From Patescibacteria group bacterium (GTDB taxonomy: Bacteria > Patescibacteriota > CPR2 > UBA1875): a DNA stretch of 64,000 nt. Where the stretch lies: NCBI GenBank assembly GCA_041737595.1, contig JBGSRK010000011.1, forward strand, positions 66,658-130,657, given 5' to 3'. The translations under genes were made by a program, and so were the position numbers. Below, in pieces: positions 11,490 to 24,315 of the stretch. The notes below the pieces were generated by a model that saw nothing but the letters and a program-made list of their open reading frames with translations, was not told where the DNA came from and ran no database searches. How positions within the stretch are numbered: the stretch's first letter is position 1; each line of letters opens with the position of its first letter.

Positions 11490-14400
11490 GTGAGGGTAAA
11501 GGAGTATATGATGAAGTTAAAATGGTTAGAAAAAGCTAAAAAAATTGTCTCAAGTGTTTTATTTTTACAAATGTTATTTGCATTACTGGTACCAGCGATG
11601 ACATTTGCAGCAGCTCCGACAATTTTTTATATTGATAAAAATGATTCTGCGATTCCTATTTTTCGCACTTCTGATAGTACACCAACAATTACGGGGGGAG
11701 TTGACACATCGGCAACCTCTATAACCATAACGATAAATACATATTCTTGTACAACAACACCAGTTTCTGGTGGTTGGTCATGTGATGGCGCCTTTATTAC
11801 AACACCCCTAACAGCGAATGTAGTATATCCAATTTCTTGGGTAGCCTCAAATGCAGATGGCTTTATATCTGGGACAGACGCAACAGGGGTTGTTTACGAT
11901 ACTATTGCTCCTGTAATTTCTGAAAATATGCCAGTTATCACACCCACAAACGATACTACTCCAAGATATGAGTTTAATGTCGATAGTACTAGTGCAATTA
12001 CCTATGGTGGAGATTGTTCTTCCCCAGAGGGTCAAGCTTATGCCACTAGACAACAGGTAGACTTCAATACACTGTCAGATGGTTTATATAGTAATTGTAC
12101 AATCTTTGTTACAGATCGAGCCGGTAATGTTAGTAATACTATAACTGTTTCTCCATTTACGGTAGATACTACGGGTCCAACGCTTGATCCTGTGGGGTTT
12201 AAATATGCGACACCAACAAATACTGATTGGGTGGGCCCACTCACTGGTGATCTTGCATCTGGTTGGAACTTAGACAGAGATGGGAATGCATCCACAAATT
12301 ACTATCTTGATTTCACAGACACTACAGTTGCAGATGAAAATATAATGAATCAGTATTTTCCATTGTACATTTCGGATTTAGTAGGAGTAACTGCCCCCGA
12401 GTTGGTTGTTTATTATGTTAACCGTGGAGTTCCAGAACCATTTTTGACTTATCTTACAGATGCTGCAAACAATGCTGGACCATTTGCATATATAAAGGGA
12501 ATAGGGTCGAGTAGCCACCCTACTCTTATAGATGGTGCGAAACACGACATACTGGCTATAGATGAACCAATGGCTATACCTGGAGATTTTCCAGAAGGTG
12601 AATACACGGTTAGTGGTGTTATTGGTGATGTCTTGGGAAATGCATCAACCACTTATGATTTCAAACTAATTATAGGTGACATCACGGCTCCAGTTATTTC
12701 TGGGCTTACCACAATCTCGACTCCTTCTGCAAATACTACTCCATCATTCGATTTTGACTCTGACGAAGAGGGCACACTAAATATTTCAGGGTCAGGATGT
12801 ACTGTATCCAGCTTTTCTGTAGTTGCTGGTTCTAATACATTTACTTTTGATTCTTTATCAGATGGTACTTATGATTGTAGTATTACAGTTACAGACGATG
12901 CTGATAATGTAAGTAATTCACTATCTCTTGATCAATTTGTGGTAGATACCACCGCTCCAGCAACAACATACGCTATTACTGGCGGTACAGCAGGTAATAG
13001 TGGTTGGTACAAGGGTGTAACTCCTCCTACTATTACTCTTTCAACAGAATCAACGGCTACAATCCACTGGCAATGGGAAAGTGAAGGCTGGAACTCTGGT
13101 TTGACTGATCAAACACCTGCAGTTACTGAAGGCGAAAGAACTATAGAATATTATTCAGTAGATATTGCTACCAATGAAGAATCTCCACATAAGACCGCAA
13201 CTGTAAAATATGACGCTACAGCTCCAACTGGTACTGTTGTAATAAACAGCGATGCAACCTGGGCAAAAAGCGTTGATGCAACACTTACGCTATCAGCAAG
13301 TGACGGTTTATCGGGTGTTTCACAGATGCTTATAGCAAATAATACAAGCTACCAAGGTCCATTTACTTATGTACCTGGATCTTATGCTTGGACACTGAAC
13401 TCAAACGAGGGTACAAAAACCGTAAGGGTAAAATATATTGATGCGGCTGGTAACGAAATGGCTGTAGGTACACCTGATACTATAAAACTTGATACAACTG
13501 CACCAAGAGTAACTAATCTTGAGGTTGTAGACCCTGACGCTGGTCTTATACCTTATCCAGACATGGATCCATATGCTGTGGGTGATCACATGATTCGCGT
13601 GCGTGCGGAAGTATATGATGACTTGGGAATAAACGATTCAGGTCTGAATATCTCTAGTTGTCAAATAACAGTAGACGGTTCAAACTGGACACAGTTCAGT
13701 GCTTGGTATAACGCTGGGAAAAATAGGTGTGTCGGTGATATTCCTGCAAACTATTTCTCTGATGGACAGTTAGTTAGTGGATTCAATGTTCGTGTCAGTG
13801 ACGTTGCCGGAAATATTGGGGTTGGTGTAGGAACAGGTAGAATTATAGATTCATTGGCTCCCGTACTTGACACGATGACAGTTACACCTAGATATATGGA
13901 CACAGTAGCTGGAACTATAAATGCAGAATCTGTAGTTACCGAGAATCCATCAGCTTCTGGTGTTGCAAATTGTGAACAAAGGTATTGGCTCAATCTATAT
14001 GACGGTGACTCTAGTGATGACTGGTCAGACTGGGTTACTACTACGTATGCTGACGGTAAATGTCAAATAAGTATGGGCGGACTTCAAGACGGACGAATCT
14101 ATCAATTCGAGTTCCGTGCAACAGATAATGTTGGTCATGTAAGTAATATTGCTTCAAGTGGGCCAGTATTAGTTGACGATATAGCACCGACGGTTACATT
14201 TGTTGATCCCACTCTGGCTGACGGTGTTTCAACCGCTCAAAACAGTCAAACTTTTAAAATTGAAACGGATAGTGACGCCGATTCTTGTTCAATTGACCTT
14301 GGATTGGGCTCAGGGACATTTGAAGATGGAACACTTACCGGTTGGACAACGGGTGGAACTGTCCCATGGGTAATAAGCTCAGACGCATATACTGGCAGTT

Positions 14401-16496
14401 ATTCCGCGAAGAGCGGCAATCTAGCATGGCGTAATGGCGTTAACTCGTGGATTTATAAAACAGTAGATGTCCCCTTTAACACTACAATAGATTTTGACTG
14501 GAAGGTTAGTTCTGAGTCGGGTTATGATTATCTCAGCTTTTATCTAGACAACAACCAACTCAACGCAATGAGTGGCGAAATAGGTTGGACGCACTTATCA
14601 TATCCGATATCAGCGGGTTCCCACACGATAAAATGGTATTATTCTAAAGATGGTAGCGTTACATCCGAGCAGGACTCTGGTTGGATTGATAATGTCGCAA
14701 TTAGTGGGGTAGATCTTGGTCTTCTGAATGGAGACATGGTAGACAATGGTGACGGTACTTGGTCTTATGGGCCAGTAACCTTACCTGACGGTCCAAGAAG
14801 CTACACTGTAACCTGTGTTGATCAGGTCGGTAATACAACAACGACTGGATCACGAAGCCTAACAATCGACACAACCGCACCATCTATTCCTGGGACACCA
14901 ACACCAAACAGGACAGATCCTACTAAAAATCAGTGGGTAACATGGTCATGGGGCGCTTCGACCGACCTATATTCTGGCATTGACCATTATGAATGGGTTA
15001 TTCAGAAAGATAGAGTTCAGGTCGCAAGTGGGAATGTTGCCAGTGATGTTACTAATAAAAACAAGTCACTTACTTGGGGTGACGGTGAATATGTGTTCCT
15101 AGTACGTGCTGTTGATGGGCTGGGTAATACTTCTGAATACTCCTTCTCTGACCCATTAACATTAGATCAAACCTCCCCTGTTGCGCCAAGTCTTGATTGG
15201 CCATATGATCCATACTATACACAAGATCAAACGATTACCTTCGACTGGGTTTCAGTTGACGATGCATACAGATATCGCATTGAATTCTGTGCCGAGGATC
15301 CAGGTGACGCGGGTGATGTATGTAATAGTGTTATCGATGAAAAGATGGGGGTATCAAACACATACAAGACTTATACTTTTAGTTCGTCAGATATGAACGT
15401 TTGGTGGAGAGTTCGTACCCGAGATGAAGCTGGTAACCTAAGCCCATGGGGCGAATCTAGGAAGGTTGTAATCGATAACACTGCACCAGTTTCTTCGGTA
15501 GATACTCTCGCACAATATATTAATACCGAGAAATTCAATATAAATATTACCGCGAATGATCTAGCCCCAACTCTTAATATTAATAATTTAGTAAAAGCTA
15601 ATGGTCTAATAGAAAATCAAGGTAGTGGAGTAGATTATATTGAACTTTGGTACCGAAAAGATAAAACTGATGTTAATATTGCTGATCTAAGTAGATTTGC
15701 AGAGATGCCAGCAAATGGTTACACCAGATATTGTACTGGGACACCTGAGGCTGCACTTTATGCAGAAGATATTGTCGTTGATGATGGCAGTCCGTGTTAT
15801 TTTGATCCAACTCAACCTATAGAATTTGATACTACATTAACTGGTGGAGACGGTTTCTATGAGTTCTATTCAATTGCAGTCGATAATGCTGGTAATCGAG
15901 AAATAGTACCAATGACAGGTCTCCCTGGACTTTACCCATTATTAGAAGAAGGTGTAATAATAGGGGCAGAAGTTCTCCCAGATACATCTACTACTGTTGA
16001 TACTAAATCGCCCGTGATTACATTAATTGGCAACAGCCCAATGACTGTTACCCAAGGAACAATATTTACAGACCCTGGAGCATCAACAGATGATGGTACA
16101 GCAGTTGTCCAATCTGGTTCTGTAGATACTAATGTAGTTGGTTCATACTTAAGATATTATGACGCCACAGATCTTGCTGGTAATGTCGCAGATCAAGTTA
16201 CTCGAACCGTAAATGTAATAGCGGCACCAGTTCTTTTGAGCCCACTTGCTACAACAGTTGGGGGAGATACTGGTCTTACTGAAGAGGTTCTTGGGGCTAC
16301 TGACGAAAATGTAGATGGACAAGAAAAAGAAGTAAAAGGGTCAGAAGATACTAATACTGAAGATAAAAATAGTGATACTAAAACCGATGGAACATTTCTT
16401 GGTCTTATGTGGTATTGGTGGGTATTAATAGTTGCTGGGCTAGTTGGTGGATGGTGGTGGTTTGCTGCCTGGCGTAGACGTAGAGAAGAAGACTAA
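11490..16496 (+). CDS. giant (1668 aa) secreted cell-surface protein with signal peptide, repeated Ig-like/beta-rich modules and C-terminal TM anchor plus basic tail
   Basis: N-terminal signal 'LFLQMLFALLVPAMTFAAAP'; recurring 'DTTAP/DxTAP...V(T/S)D(x)AGN(V/I)S' modules; C-terminus 'WYWWVLIVAGLVGGWWWFAAWRRRREED'. Confidence 0.7.
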   Translation: MRVKEYMMKLKWLEKAKKIVSSVLFLQMLFALLVPAMTFAAAPTIFYIDKNDSAIPIFRTSDSTPTITGGVDTSATSITITINTYSCTTTPVSGGWSCDGAFITTPLTANVVYPISWVASNADGFISGTDATGVVYDTIAPVISENMPVITPTNDTTPRYEFNVDSTSAITYGGDCSSPEGQAYATRQQVDFNTLSDGLYSNCTIFVTDRAGNVSNTITVSPFTVDTTGPTLDPVGFKYATPTNTDWVGPLTGDLASGWNLDRDGNASTNYYLDFTDTTVADENIMNQYFPLYISDLVGVTAPELVVYYVNRGVPEPFLTYLTDAANNAGPFAYIKGIGSSSHPTLIDGAKHDILAIDEPMAIPGDFPEGEYTVSGVIGDVLGNASTTYDFKLIIGDITAPVISGLTTISTPSANTTPSFDFDSDEEGTLNISGSGCTVSSFSVVAGSNTFTFDSLSDGTYDCSITVTDDADNVSNSLSLDQFVVDTTAPATTYAITGGTAGNSGWYKGVTPPTITLSTESTATIHWQWESEGWNSGLTDQTPAVTEGERTIEYYSVDIATNEESPHKTATVKYDATAPTGTVVINSDATWAKSVDATLTLSASDGLSGVSQMLIANNTSYQGPFTYVPGSYAWTLNSNEGTKTVRVKYIDAAGNEMAVGTPDTIKLDTTAPRVTNLEVVDPDAGLIPYPDMDPYAVGDHMIRVRAEVYDDLGINDSGLNISSCQITVDGSNWTQFSAWYNAGKNRCVGDIPANYFSDGQLVSGFNVRVSDVAGNIGVGVGTGRIIDSLAPVLDTMTVTPRYMDTVAGTINAESVVTENPSASGVANCEQRYWLNLYDGDSSDDWSDWVTTTYADGKCQISMGGLQDGRIYQFEFRATDNVGHVSNIASSGPVLVDDIAPTVTFVDPTLADGVSTAQNSQTFKIETDSDADSCSIDLGLGSGTFEDGTLTGWTTGGTVPWVISSDAYTGSYSAKSGNLAWRNGVNSWIYKTVDVPFNTTIDFDWKVSSESGYDYLSFYLDNNQLNAMSGEIGWTHLSYPISAGSHTIKWYYSKDGSVTSEQDSGWIDNVAISGVDLGLLNGDMVDNGDGTWSYGPVTLPDGPRSYTVTCVDQVGNTTTTGSRSLTIDTTAPSIPGTPTPNRTDPTKNQWVTWSWGASTDLYSGIDHYEWVIQKDRVQVASGNVASDVTNKNKSLTWGDGEYVFLVRAVDGLGNTSEYSFSDPLTLDQTSPVAPSLDWPYDPYYTQDQTITFDWVSVDDAYRYRIEFCAEDPGDAGDVCNSVIDEKMGVSNTYKTYTFSSSDMNVWWRVRTRDEAGNLSPWGESRKVVIDNTAPVSSVDTLAQYINTEKFNINITANDLAPTLNINNLVKANGLIENQGSGVDYIELWYRKDKTDVNIADLSRFAEMPANGYTRYCTGTPEAALYAEDIVVDDGSPCYFDPTQPIEFDTTLTGGDGFYEFYSIAVDNAGNREIVPMTGLPGLYPLLEEGVIIGAEVLPDTSTTVDTKSPVITLIGNSPMTVTQGTIFTDPGASTDDGTAVVQSGSVDTNVVGSYLRYYDATDLAGNVADQVTRTVNVIAAPVLLSPLATTVGGDTGLTEEVLGATDENVDGQEKEVKGSEDTNTEDKNSDTKTDGTFLGLMWYWWVLIVAGLVGGWWWFAAWRRRREED

Positions 16497-16520
16497 AAAT
16501 TATTAGTAGTCATAACAAAA

Positions 16521-16552
16521 GATGGACCTTCGCGAAGGTCCATCTTTGTTCT
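16521..16552 (+). terminator. rho-independent terminator
   Basis: hairpin 'gatggaccttcgcgaaggtccatc' followed by 'tttgttctcttt'. Confidence 0.5.
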
Positions 16553-17023
16553 CTTTATCCTAAATATTAAAACGTATGTACTTCACTTTAGCGAAGTATA
16601 AAAACAAATTTTTTAAAGTTGATGTTCAATTAAAAAATCTATAATTATTCCTATTGAATAAAAGTCTGGTTGTGATATATTTTATATACTCTTTCGGGTA
16701 AAAGCTTTGGCCACCTGTGACGATATAACGAGACCAAAAAGCTTCTGAAGGGGAAAGAAACAAATAGCTTACGAAAAGACTTGTAGGCAAAATCAAAAAT
16801 AAAACTTAGTTACAATCGGAGGGATTGTATTTTTTTGTTTTCTTTTTTCGCTGCAGAAAAAGAGAGAATAACAAATCAATCCATAAAATTAAATCTAAAA
16901 TAAAGTACAAAAAAATATGGTAATCAAAATATCCGATCACACAATTTGGTTAAAAAAATTGTACTAATAAAAAATTATTAAAATTATAAATTTCTTTCGG
17001 GGGAAGAAGGGGAAATATATCCT

Positions 17024-18628
17024 ATGTTCAGAAAATTCAAGAAATGTATTTCTGTTTTTATGGCAACTCTTATCCTTGTTAATGTTTTTGTTCCCTCAAT
17101 TGCTTTTGCTGGAACAGATGAAATTATCATTGAAAAGACACAACAAACAGAACAAGTACAATTGGTTGAAGAACCAGTTGTAGAAGAAGAAGTAACTCCA
17201 GAAATCATTTCTTTATCAATCGAATCAAATAACCCAAATTCAAAATGGGCGAAAAAAGACAATATTGTCACTATTAATTTTGTGTCAAATATAGAATTGA
17301 TTTCTCCAACTGTTGTTGTAGATAGTATCCCTATTGGAGGGGATAACGCAACAGTTCGAGATAATAACCCATTAATAGTTGAGCCTGAATATCAATTTAC
17401 TTATGTTGTTGGCGGTATAGCAGAAATAAATGATGATTCATTTGACTTTACTATTTCAGATGATAGCACGGAATTAGCCGATCAATCTGACCTAGAGGTT
17501 GGGCAAAATGTTACCATAGATAATACAAGTCCTGTTATTACATTATATTCAGATTATATGACTGCCGAAGAACTTAAAAAATCTATAAGTTTAACAGAAT
17601 CACAAAAATTAGTAGATGATGGAGTTTTTGTCGATGAATCAACTGGAGAAGTTGTTTTAAAGACAACTTGGGACGTTCCAATTAAAAATGTTGATGGTAG
17701 TTATACATATAATGTAACTTACACTGCAGAAGATAATGCTGGAAATGTAACAGAAAAAATTGGGGTTTTAGTTAGTTTAGAACCAAATTTTACTGACAAA
17801 AGAATCACAAGCACAGTTCTAGAAATAGAACTTTTGGGTGACGCAACTACACAAGCTGAGCTTGGTAAAATATATGAAGATTTAGGTGCTAAATATACTT
17901 GGGATGGAGTTAAGCCAGTTTACGCCTGGGTAACTGGTGATTTAAACACCCTAGTTTCTAAAGACGATTATTCACTTACTTATAATGGGAATATTGAGTC
18001 TGAATATGCTCCATTAGAATCAGTAAGCACACTTGACCCTATTAATGTAACAAGAACAATTAAAGTATCTGACACCGTTGCCCCAGGGCAGGTGAAAGAT
18101 TTTTATCTTGTCTCAGGGAACGGGTATATCGATCTTCACTGGGTGAACCCAACAGATGATGATTTCGCAGGTGTTCAAATATGGAAAAGCACAACCGAAG
18201 GTCAAATGGGCGAAATGATACTTTTTACATCAAAAGTAACAGTATCATACGAAGATGCTAATGTGTTAAATGGTACCACTTATTATTACACCTTAGTTGC
18301 AGTTGATTTATCTGCCAATTCAGGCAGTCCAACAAATCAGTTATCTGCTACTCCAATAGCCCCACAAATTGTTTCTGCTGACACTTCATTTGGTTATGAT
18401 TCGTATTCTTATCAGGAAATAACCGATGAAAAAGATGGAGAAGTAAAATCAGGAGAATCAAATGACAAAAAAGTAGAAACAGAAAACAGCGTATTACCAC
18501 TTCTTGGTTTTATTGCACTTCTTATTCTTCTTGCAACTGGTTTGTACTTGATATATCTTCAAAATCCAGAATGGTTTACATGGCTTTTCTTTTGGAGAAA
18601 AAAGAAAATAAAAAACGGTAAAAAATAA
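17024..18628 (+). CDS. secreted cell-surface protein (534 aa) with FN3-like domain and C-terminal TM anchor plus basic tail
   Basis: signal peptide 'MATLILVNVFVPSIAFAG'; FN3-like 'APGQVKDFYLVSGNGYIDLHWVNP...YYYTLVAVD'; C-terminus 'LPLLGFIALLILLATGLYLIYL...WRKKKIKNGKK'; same architecture as the 1668-aa neighbour. Confidence 0.6.
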   Translation: MFRKFKKCISVFMATLILVNVFVPSIAFAGTDEIIIEKTQQTEQVQLVEEPVVEEEVTPEIISLSIESNNPNSKWAKKDNIVTINFVSNIELISPTVVVDSIPIGGDNATVRDNNPLIVEPEYQFTYVVGGIAEINDDSFDFTISDDSTELADQSDLEVGQNVTIDNTSPVITLYSDYMTAEELKKSISLTESQKLVDDGVFVDESTGEVVLKTTWDVPIKNVDGSYTYNVTYTAEDNAGNVTEKIGVLVSLEPNFTDKRITSTVLEIELLGDATTQAELGKIYEDLGAKYTWDGVKPVYAWVTGDLNTLVSKDDYSLTYNGNIESEYAPLESVSTLDPINVTRTIKVSDTVAPGQVKDFYLVSGNGYIDLHWVNPTDDDFAGVQIWKSTTEGQMGEMILFTSKVTVSYEDANVLNGTTYYYTLVAVDLSANSGSPTNQLSATPIAPQIVSADTSFGYDSYSYQEITDEKDGEVKSGESNDKKVETENSVLPLLGFIALLILLATGLYLIYLQNPEWFTWLFFWRKKKIKNGKK

Positions 18629-18736
18629 AATCTAAATATAAAATAAAAATAAAAAAAGATGCAGCGCAAGGTCTTATGGTTATAAACTATAGAAACACAC
18701 CTTGCGCTGTTTCTTATAAAAAATTACAATATATAT

Positions 18737-19315
18737 ATGGCAATAATAAATCCTTATGATTTAAGAAAAAAGTTTTTTTTAAACCCTCAAAAAGTTGTAG
18801 ACGAACTCGAAATTGAAACAGGCAAGATAGTTTTAGATTTTGGTGCAGGTTCTGGATTTTGGACCTTGCCCCTTGCTCGTAAAGTAGGTGCAAAAGGGAT
18901 GGTTATTGCAGTTGATAGATCAGAAGAAAATCTTTCTATAATAAGAAGAAAAGCTGAACAATTTGGTTTTTCGAATATAAAACTTTTAAGAGCGCCATAT
19001 AACAGTAAAATTATTACAGTTGATGAAAAGGTAGACTATATAATTATTTCAAACATATTAACATTAATTGGGAAGACAAAAAGTTTAATTGCAGCAACAA
19101 AAAAAGTTGCAAATATTGGAACAAAATTAATAATTATAGACTGGAAACAGGGTACAATGTTTGGGACAGACCCTGGGTTTAATATTAATGAGCAAGAAAT
19201 TATACAATCGGCAAATGAATCTGGATATGAGTTTATTAAATTATTAGATGCTGGGTCATTCCATTTCGCTTTATATTTAAACTATACGGGAGAGATTTAT
19301 GAAAAAAGAAAATAA
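18737..19315 (+). CDS. class I SAM-dependent methyltransferase
   Basis: motif I 'VLDFGAGSGFWT'. Confidence 0.6.
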   Translation: MAIINPYDLRKKFFLNPQKVVDELEIETGKIVLDFGAGSGFWTLPLARKVGAKGMVIAVDRSEENLSIIRRKAEQFGFSNIKLLRAPYNSKIITVDEKVDYIIISNILTLIGKTKSLIAATKKVANIGTKLIIIDWKQGTMFGTDPGFNINEQEIIQSANESGYEFIKLLDAGSFHFALYLNYTGEIYEKRK

Positions 19316-19442
19316 AGAAGAAATAAACGAAGGCGATCCAATTTGTGAAAAATGTGGTAACATTAAGACTTTGGAGGGGGATGATTGGGTATGCTCTCAT
19401 TGTGATGCTAAAATAGATTTTTTTGGAGACGATAATGAATAA
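19299..19442 (+). CDS. small zinc-ribbon protein (47 aa), unlisted ORF
   Basis: 'MKKENKEEINEGDPICEKCGNIKTLEGDDWVCSHCDAKIDFFGDDNE' with CxxC...CxxC; overlaps end of upstream gene. Confidence 0.25.
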   Translation: MKKENKEEINEGDPICEKCGNIKTLEGDDWVCSHCDAKIDFFGDDNE

Positions 19443-19514
19443 AATTAAAATGTTTTTTTCTAGTGATTATCTTTTTACAGCTACTACTGGTACAAAATTC
19501 GAATATATATATAT

Positions 19515-19835
19515 TTGTATTTATCTGTTTTTATTTTATTTGCGATTATTGGTTATAAAATATATCTAAAAATTAAAGGAGACAGGCCTAAGGTTTATAA
19601 AAAATTTGATAGAATATGGTTTTGGGGTTATCTAACTACTGGAGTAATTGGTTTATTTGTATGGTTTTCTAGAACTCAGAATTTACCAATATTTTCAACA
19701 AGATTTATTTCTTATTCATTTTTATTAATATTTATATTATTTACTGCATATCTTATTTACTTATTTACCGAAAAGACACCGAAAGAATTAAATAAATATT
19801 ACGAAAAAAAACGCAAAGAAAAATATTTAAAATAA
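19515..19835 (+). CDS. small integral membrane protein
   Basis: three predicted TM helices and a K-rich tail. Confidence 0.4.
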   Translation: MYLSVFILFAIIGYKIYLKIKGDRPKVYKKFDRIWFWGYLTTGVIGLFVWFSRTQNLPIFSTRFISYSFLLIFILFTAYLIYLFTEKTPKELNKYYEKKRKEKYLK

Positions 19836-19869
19836 TAAGCTGATTTTAAATAAATAGTGAATTTTATTG

Positions 19870-19898
19870 TTGACATTATTCGTAACTTTAGATAGAAT
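19870..19898 (+). promoter_or_regulatory. sigma70-like promoter upstream of 16S rRNA
   Basis: TTGACA - 17 nt - TAGAAT, ~225 nt upstream of the 16S 5' end. Confidence 0.4.
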
Positions 19899-20121
19899 CT
19901 TAAAGCACATAAAGTAATTTTAACAAAAAGAACTAAACACTCTAACCCGCCAATTGGCGGAGGTGGTTAAATTTGCTCTTATGTAATAGAAATTTGAAAA
20001 TTGAATAGTGTTGATAGTATGTACACAAAAAAATCATGTTCTTGTTAATTCGAGAAAAAAAGCTCGACTACAGCTTTATAAATGTAGTCAATTGAATGTC
20101 AGTTTCATACTGAACAATCAA

Positions 20122-21612
<1,491 letters not shown>

Positions 21613-21912
21613 TAAAGGAAATTAATGCTATATGCATTCAAATCAAGTTTGTCATTCTGAGCGGAAGCGAAGAATCTACTTGAGGGTTCCTTAGGTCGTG
21701 GATCTCGACGTTACGTTGAGATGGCTGTGCATACTTCAACACTATTCAGTTTTTAAAACACTACCTGCCAGTTGGCAGGTTTTTGTTTAGGAAATGATTG
21801 AAATTTTAGAGAAAATAAAGTAAAATTGTCAAGCAAAGTATCTTTGATATTTTTATATTAGTTAAAATATGTTAATTTTAACTCAAGAAAAAGAATGAAC
21901 TTTTTCTAATGA

Positions 21913-21989
<77 letters not shown>

Positions 21990-22007
21990 AAATAAAAGAG
22001 GGATTGT

Positions 22008-22256
22008 ATGTTACAAGCAATTTTATGGGGAGTTATATTTATAGCTTCAGGTATCGGTCTAGTTGTTTATGCAAGAAAGCTAGTTGAATGGTTTGGTACA
22101 ATGGCAACAGCTGAGAAATATCTTGGTTCGGGCGGTACTTATTCGGCCTTAAGAATAATGGGTATTTTATCAATAATTATAGGGATACTCGTAATGACTG
22201 GTTTTTTGGATGATGCACTTTTCAGTGTTGTGAAATTGTTTGGCGTTGAAAGATAG
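22008..22256 (+). CDS. small two-TM membrane protein encoded between tRNA-Ile and tRNA-Ala
   Basis: 82-aa ORF with AGAGGG RBS; hydrophobic helices. Confidence 0.4.
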   Translation: MLQAILWGVIFIASGIGLVVYARKLVEWFGTMATAEKYLGSGGTYSALRIMGILSIIIGILVMTGFLDDALFSVVKLFGVER

Positions 22257-22335
22257 TTTTTGCTAGTTTTTTTTCAGTTGGAATTAATAGATTCCAACTG
22301 CAGAGAAAGCAGAGTAGAAGAGTGAAATCCGCCGT

Positions 22336-22412
22336 GGGCCTGTAGCTCAGTTGGCTAGAGCGCCTCGCTTGCACCGAGGAGGTCGCAGGTTCGATTCCTG
22401 TCAGGTCCACCA
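22336..22412 (+). tRNA. tRNA-Ala (anticodon TGC)
   Basis: 'gggcctgtagctcagttggctagagcgcctcgcttgcaccgagg...ggttcgattcctgtcaggtccacca'; G3:U70 Ala identity pair; encoded CCA. Confidence 0.95.
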
Positions 22413-22413
22413 T

Positions 22414-23922
22414 ATTACCATCAGAGTCAGAAATATGCTCTTTTATCCTGAAGGGAAGGGATAAACTGGGTGTTCCAAATCCCGTCGCCAAGGAGTATTC
22501 AGGGTTCTGAGTAAAGATCATATTGTGCAAAATGATTTTGGCTTCAGGACTGGCTTTCACCCACGTTTCAGCCGGTGTTCCGATGAATCTAAATACTAGC
22601 ATAAGAGCTTCCTGTATATCAGGGAGTTTTTTAGTTTCTGATTCTTTTTCGAATTCCCTTAATTGTCTGTCTACTTCCTCAATTTTTGTTTCATATCGGA
22701 CTCTTAGTCCTTCAGAGCGAGCCTTACGCACAAGATCAACATAGTCCTCAAGTGCCTGCTCAAGCTCCTTCTTTTCGTTTTCCTTGGCGTCATAGCCAAC
22801 ACTTAAATCCTTAACTTTTTCATCTCAAACCATTGTTGCCATAGCCATACCCATCTCAAGGACTTCTGGCCCAGCATTAATACTTTCAAGAAGTTGTATG
22901 TAATCACTCTCTAATTTAATGGGATCGATATTCTTTGGGTTAGCACTACATCCTTTATTATTACAGGTATAGTGGGGGTAGTATTTGTATTTGCCTTTAC
23001 ATACACTTCCAGTCATCTTTTTACCACAAACGGCGCAAGTGATAATTCTTCTCAAGGGAAATTCATAATTATCAGTTAATCGTGTTCTCTTTTCTGGCTT
23101 TGCTATTTTTGCCTGAATCTTATAATAGGTTTCTTCAGAGATAATAGCTTTGTGATGTCCGGGTCTTTTCGTGATTTCCCACTTATCAAACTCAATAATG
23201 CCTGCATAAAGCGGCTCTGTTAGTAATCTCTTGATAAGGTCAAAATTCACTTGCTTACTATTTCGTCCTATAAGAACATGAAAGTTCTTTGATATTAGAT
23301 AATTCATGAGATCTGTCTGACTCAATAAGCGGTTTTCTGCAAATGCATTTAATCCTTCTGATAGTACACTTGCTATAGACTTAATGGGGACAAGCAGCTT
23401 GCCGTGCTCCTTATCTTTCTGATACTCATAACCACAGGGTGCCATAAAACACCAATAACCACGCTCAATCCTTGCTTTCATTTTCTGGCAAACTTGTCTT
23501 CGGTTTTGCTTGCGTTCAAGCTGATTCTGGGCAGCAAAGATTGTTTCAACGAATTCACCCTCAGCACTGTCGTCAAAGTTATAATTCAGACATCGAAGTT
23601 TGGCTTCTCTAGCTCTTAGCTCTGACTTTAGTTTTATGTGGACTTCTACATCTCTTGCAAATCTCTTTAGGTCATCAAAAATAACAAAATACTTAGTCTG
23701 CCAGTTAATGTCTAAAAACCCGATTAATGATTGCATTGCTGGCCGATCAAATAGCCCCCCTGATATTCCCTCGTCTTTGAACACTTTTTCAACCTGTAGA
23801 CCAAGTGAGCGGGCATATTCTCTACACCTATGTTCCTGGCTATCCAAACCACTGCCTTCTCTGACTTGTTTTTCAGAGGAGACCCGGCAGTATATAACAG
23901 CTTTTGTGTAGTTTGCTTCCAT
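22414..23922 (-). pseudogene. large serine recombinase interrupted by one in-frame TGA; C-terminal coding runs into the tRNA-Ala 3' end
   Basis: N-terminal resolvase motif 'AVIYCRVSSEKQ'. ORF 22825-23922 and ORF 22222-22731 are in the same frame, separated only by TGA at 22825-22827. The tail 'NPEYSLATGFGTPSLSLPFRIKEHISDSDGN' aligns with the C-terminus of the intact paralog 37290-38906. Confidence 0.6.
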
Positions 23923-23926
23923 TATA

Positions 23927-24139
23927 TTACCTGAAATCGTCTAAATAATAATTAATTGATTTATCAATTATCCCAATCAGATAATTTCGGATTTCGGCAA
24001 CCTTCTCGTCACTTAAATTGAATTTCCCTAAATATTCTTTACACTCCTCAACACTAATAACCTTAGAGTCGGGAGTTTCGTGAGCACGAAAGGAACCTTG
24101 ACCAAGACCGTTAACGGCACTACCATGTGAGTTTTTCAT
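23927..24139 (-). CDS. small conserved protein upstream of the recombinase
   Basis: 70 aa; 'LSDEKVAEIRNYLIGIIDKSI' resembles 'ISDGDAEILRDSVRSLVDIIF' of ORF 40080-40262 upstream of the second recombinase. Confidence 0.35.
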   Translation of the reverse strand: MKNSHGSAVNGLGQGSFRAHETPDSKVISVEECKEYLGKFNLSDEKVAEIRNYLIGIIDKSINYYLDDFR

Positions 24140-24315
24140 ATTCCCTCCTATCTGTATATAGATAACTATATACTAATAATATATCTGTATACAGATAGTG
24201 TCAAGAGTAATTTACAAACAAACCGATATATTGTGATTCACCATAAAATGATTGACTTTTCTAATAAATTTGACTAACATTACGCTTAAACTAATGGAGG
24301 GTAGGAGTATGACTA

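Noticed and set aside
22222-22413. Portion of ORF 22222-22731 that reads antisense through tRNA-Ala ('MVDLTGIEPATSSVQ...')
   Set aside because: Translation of the tRNA complement. The real recombinase C-terminus ends near the tRNA 3' end, and the remainder is fortuitous read-through.
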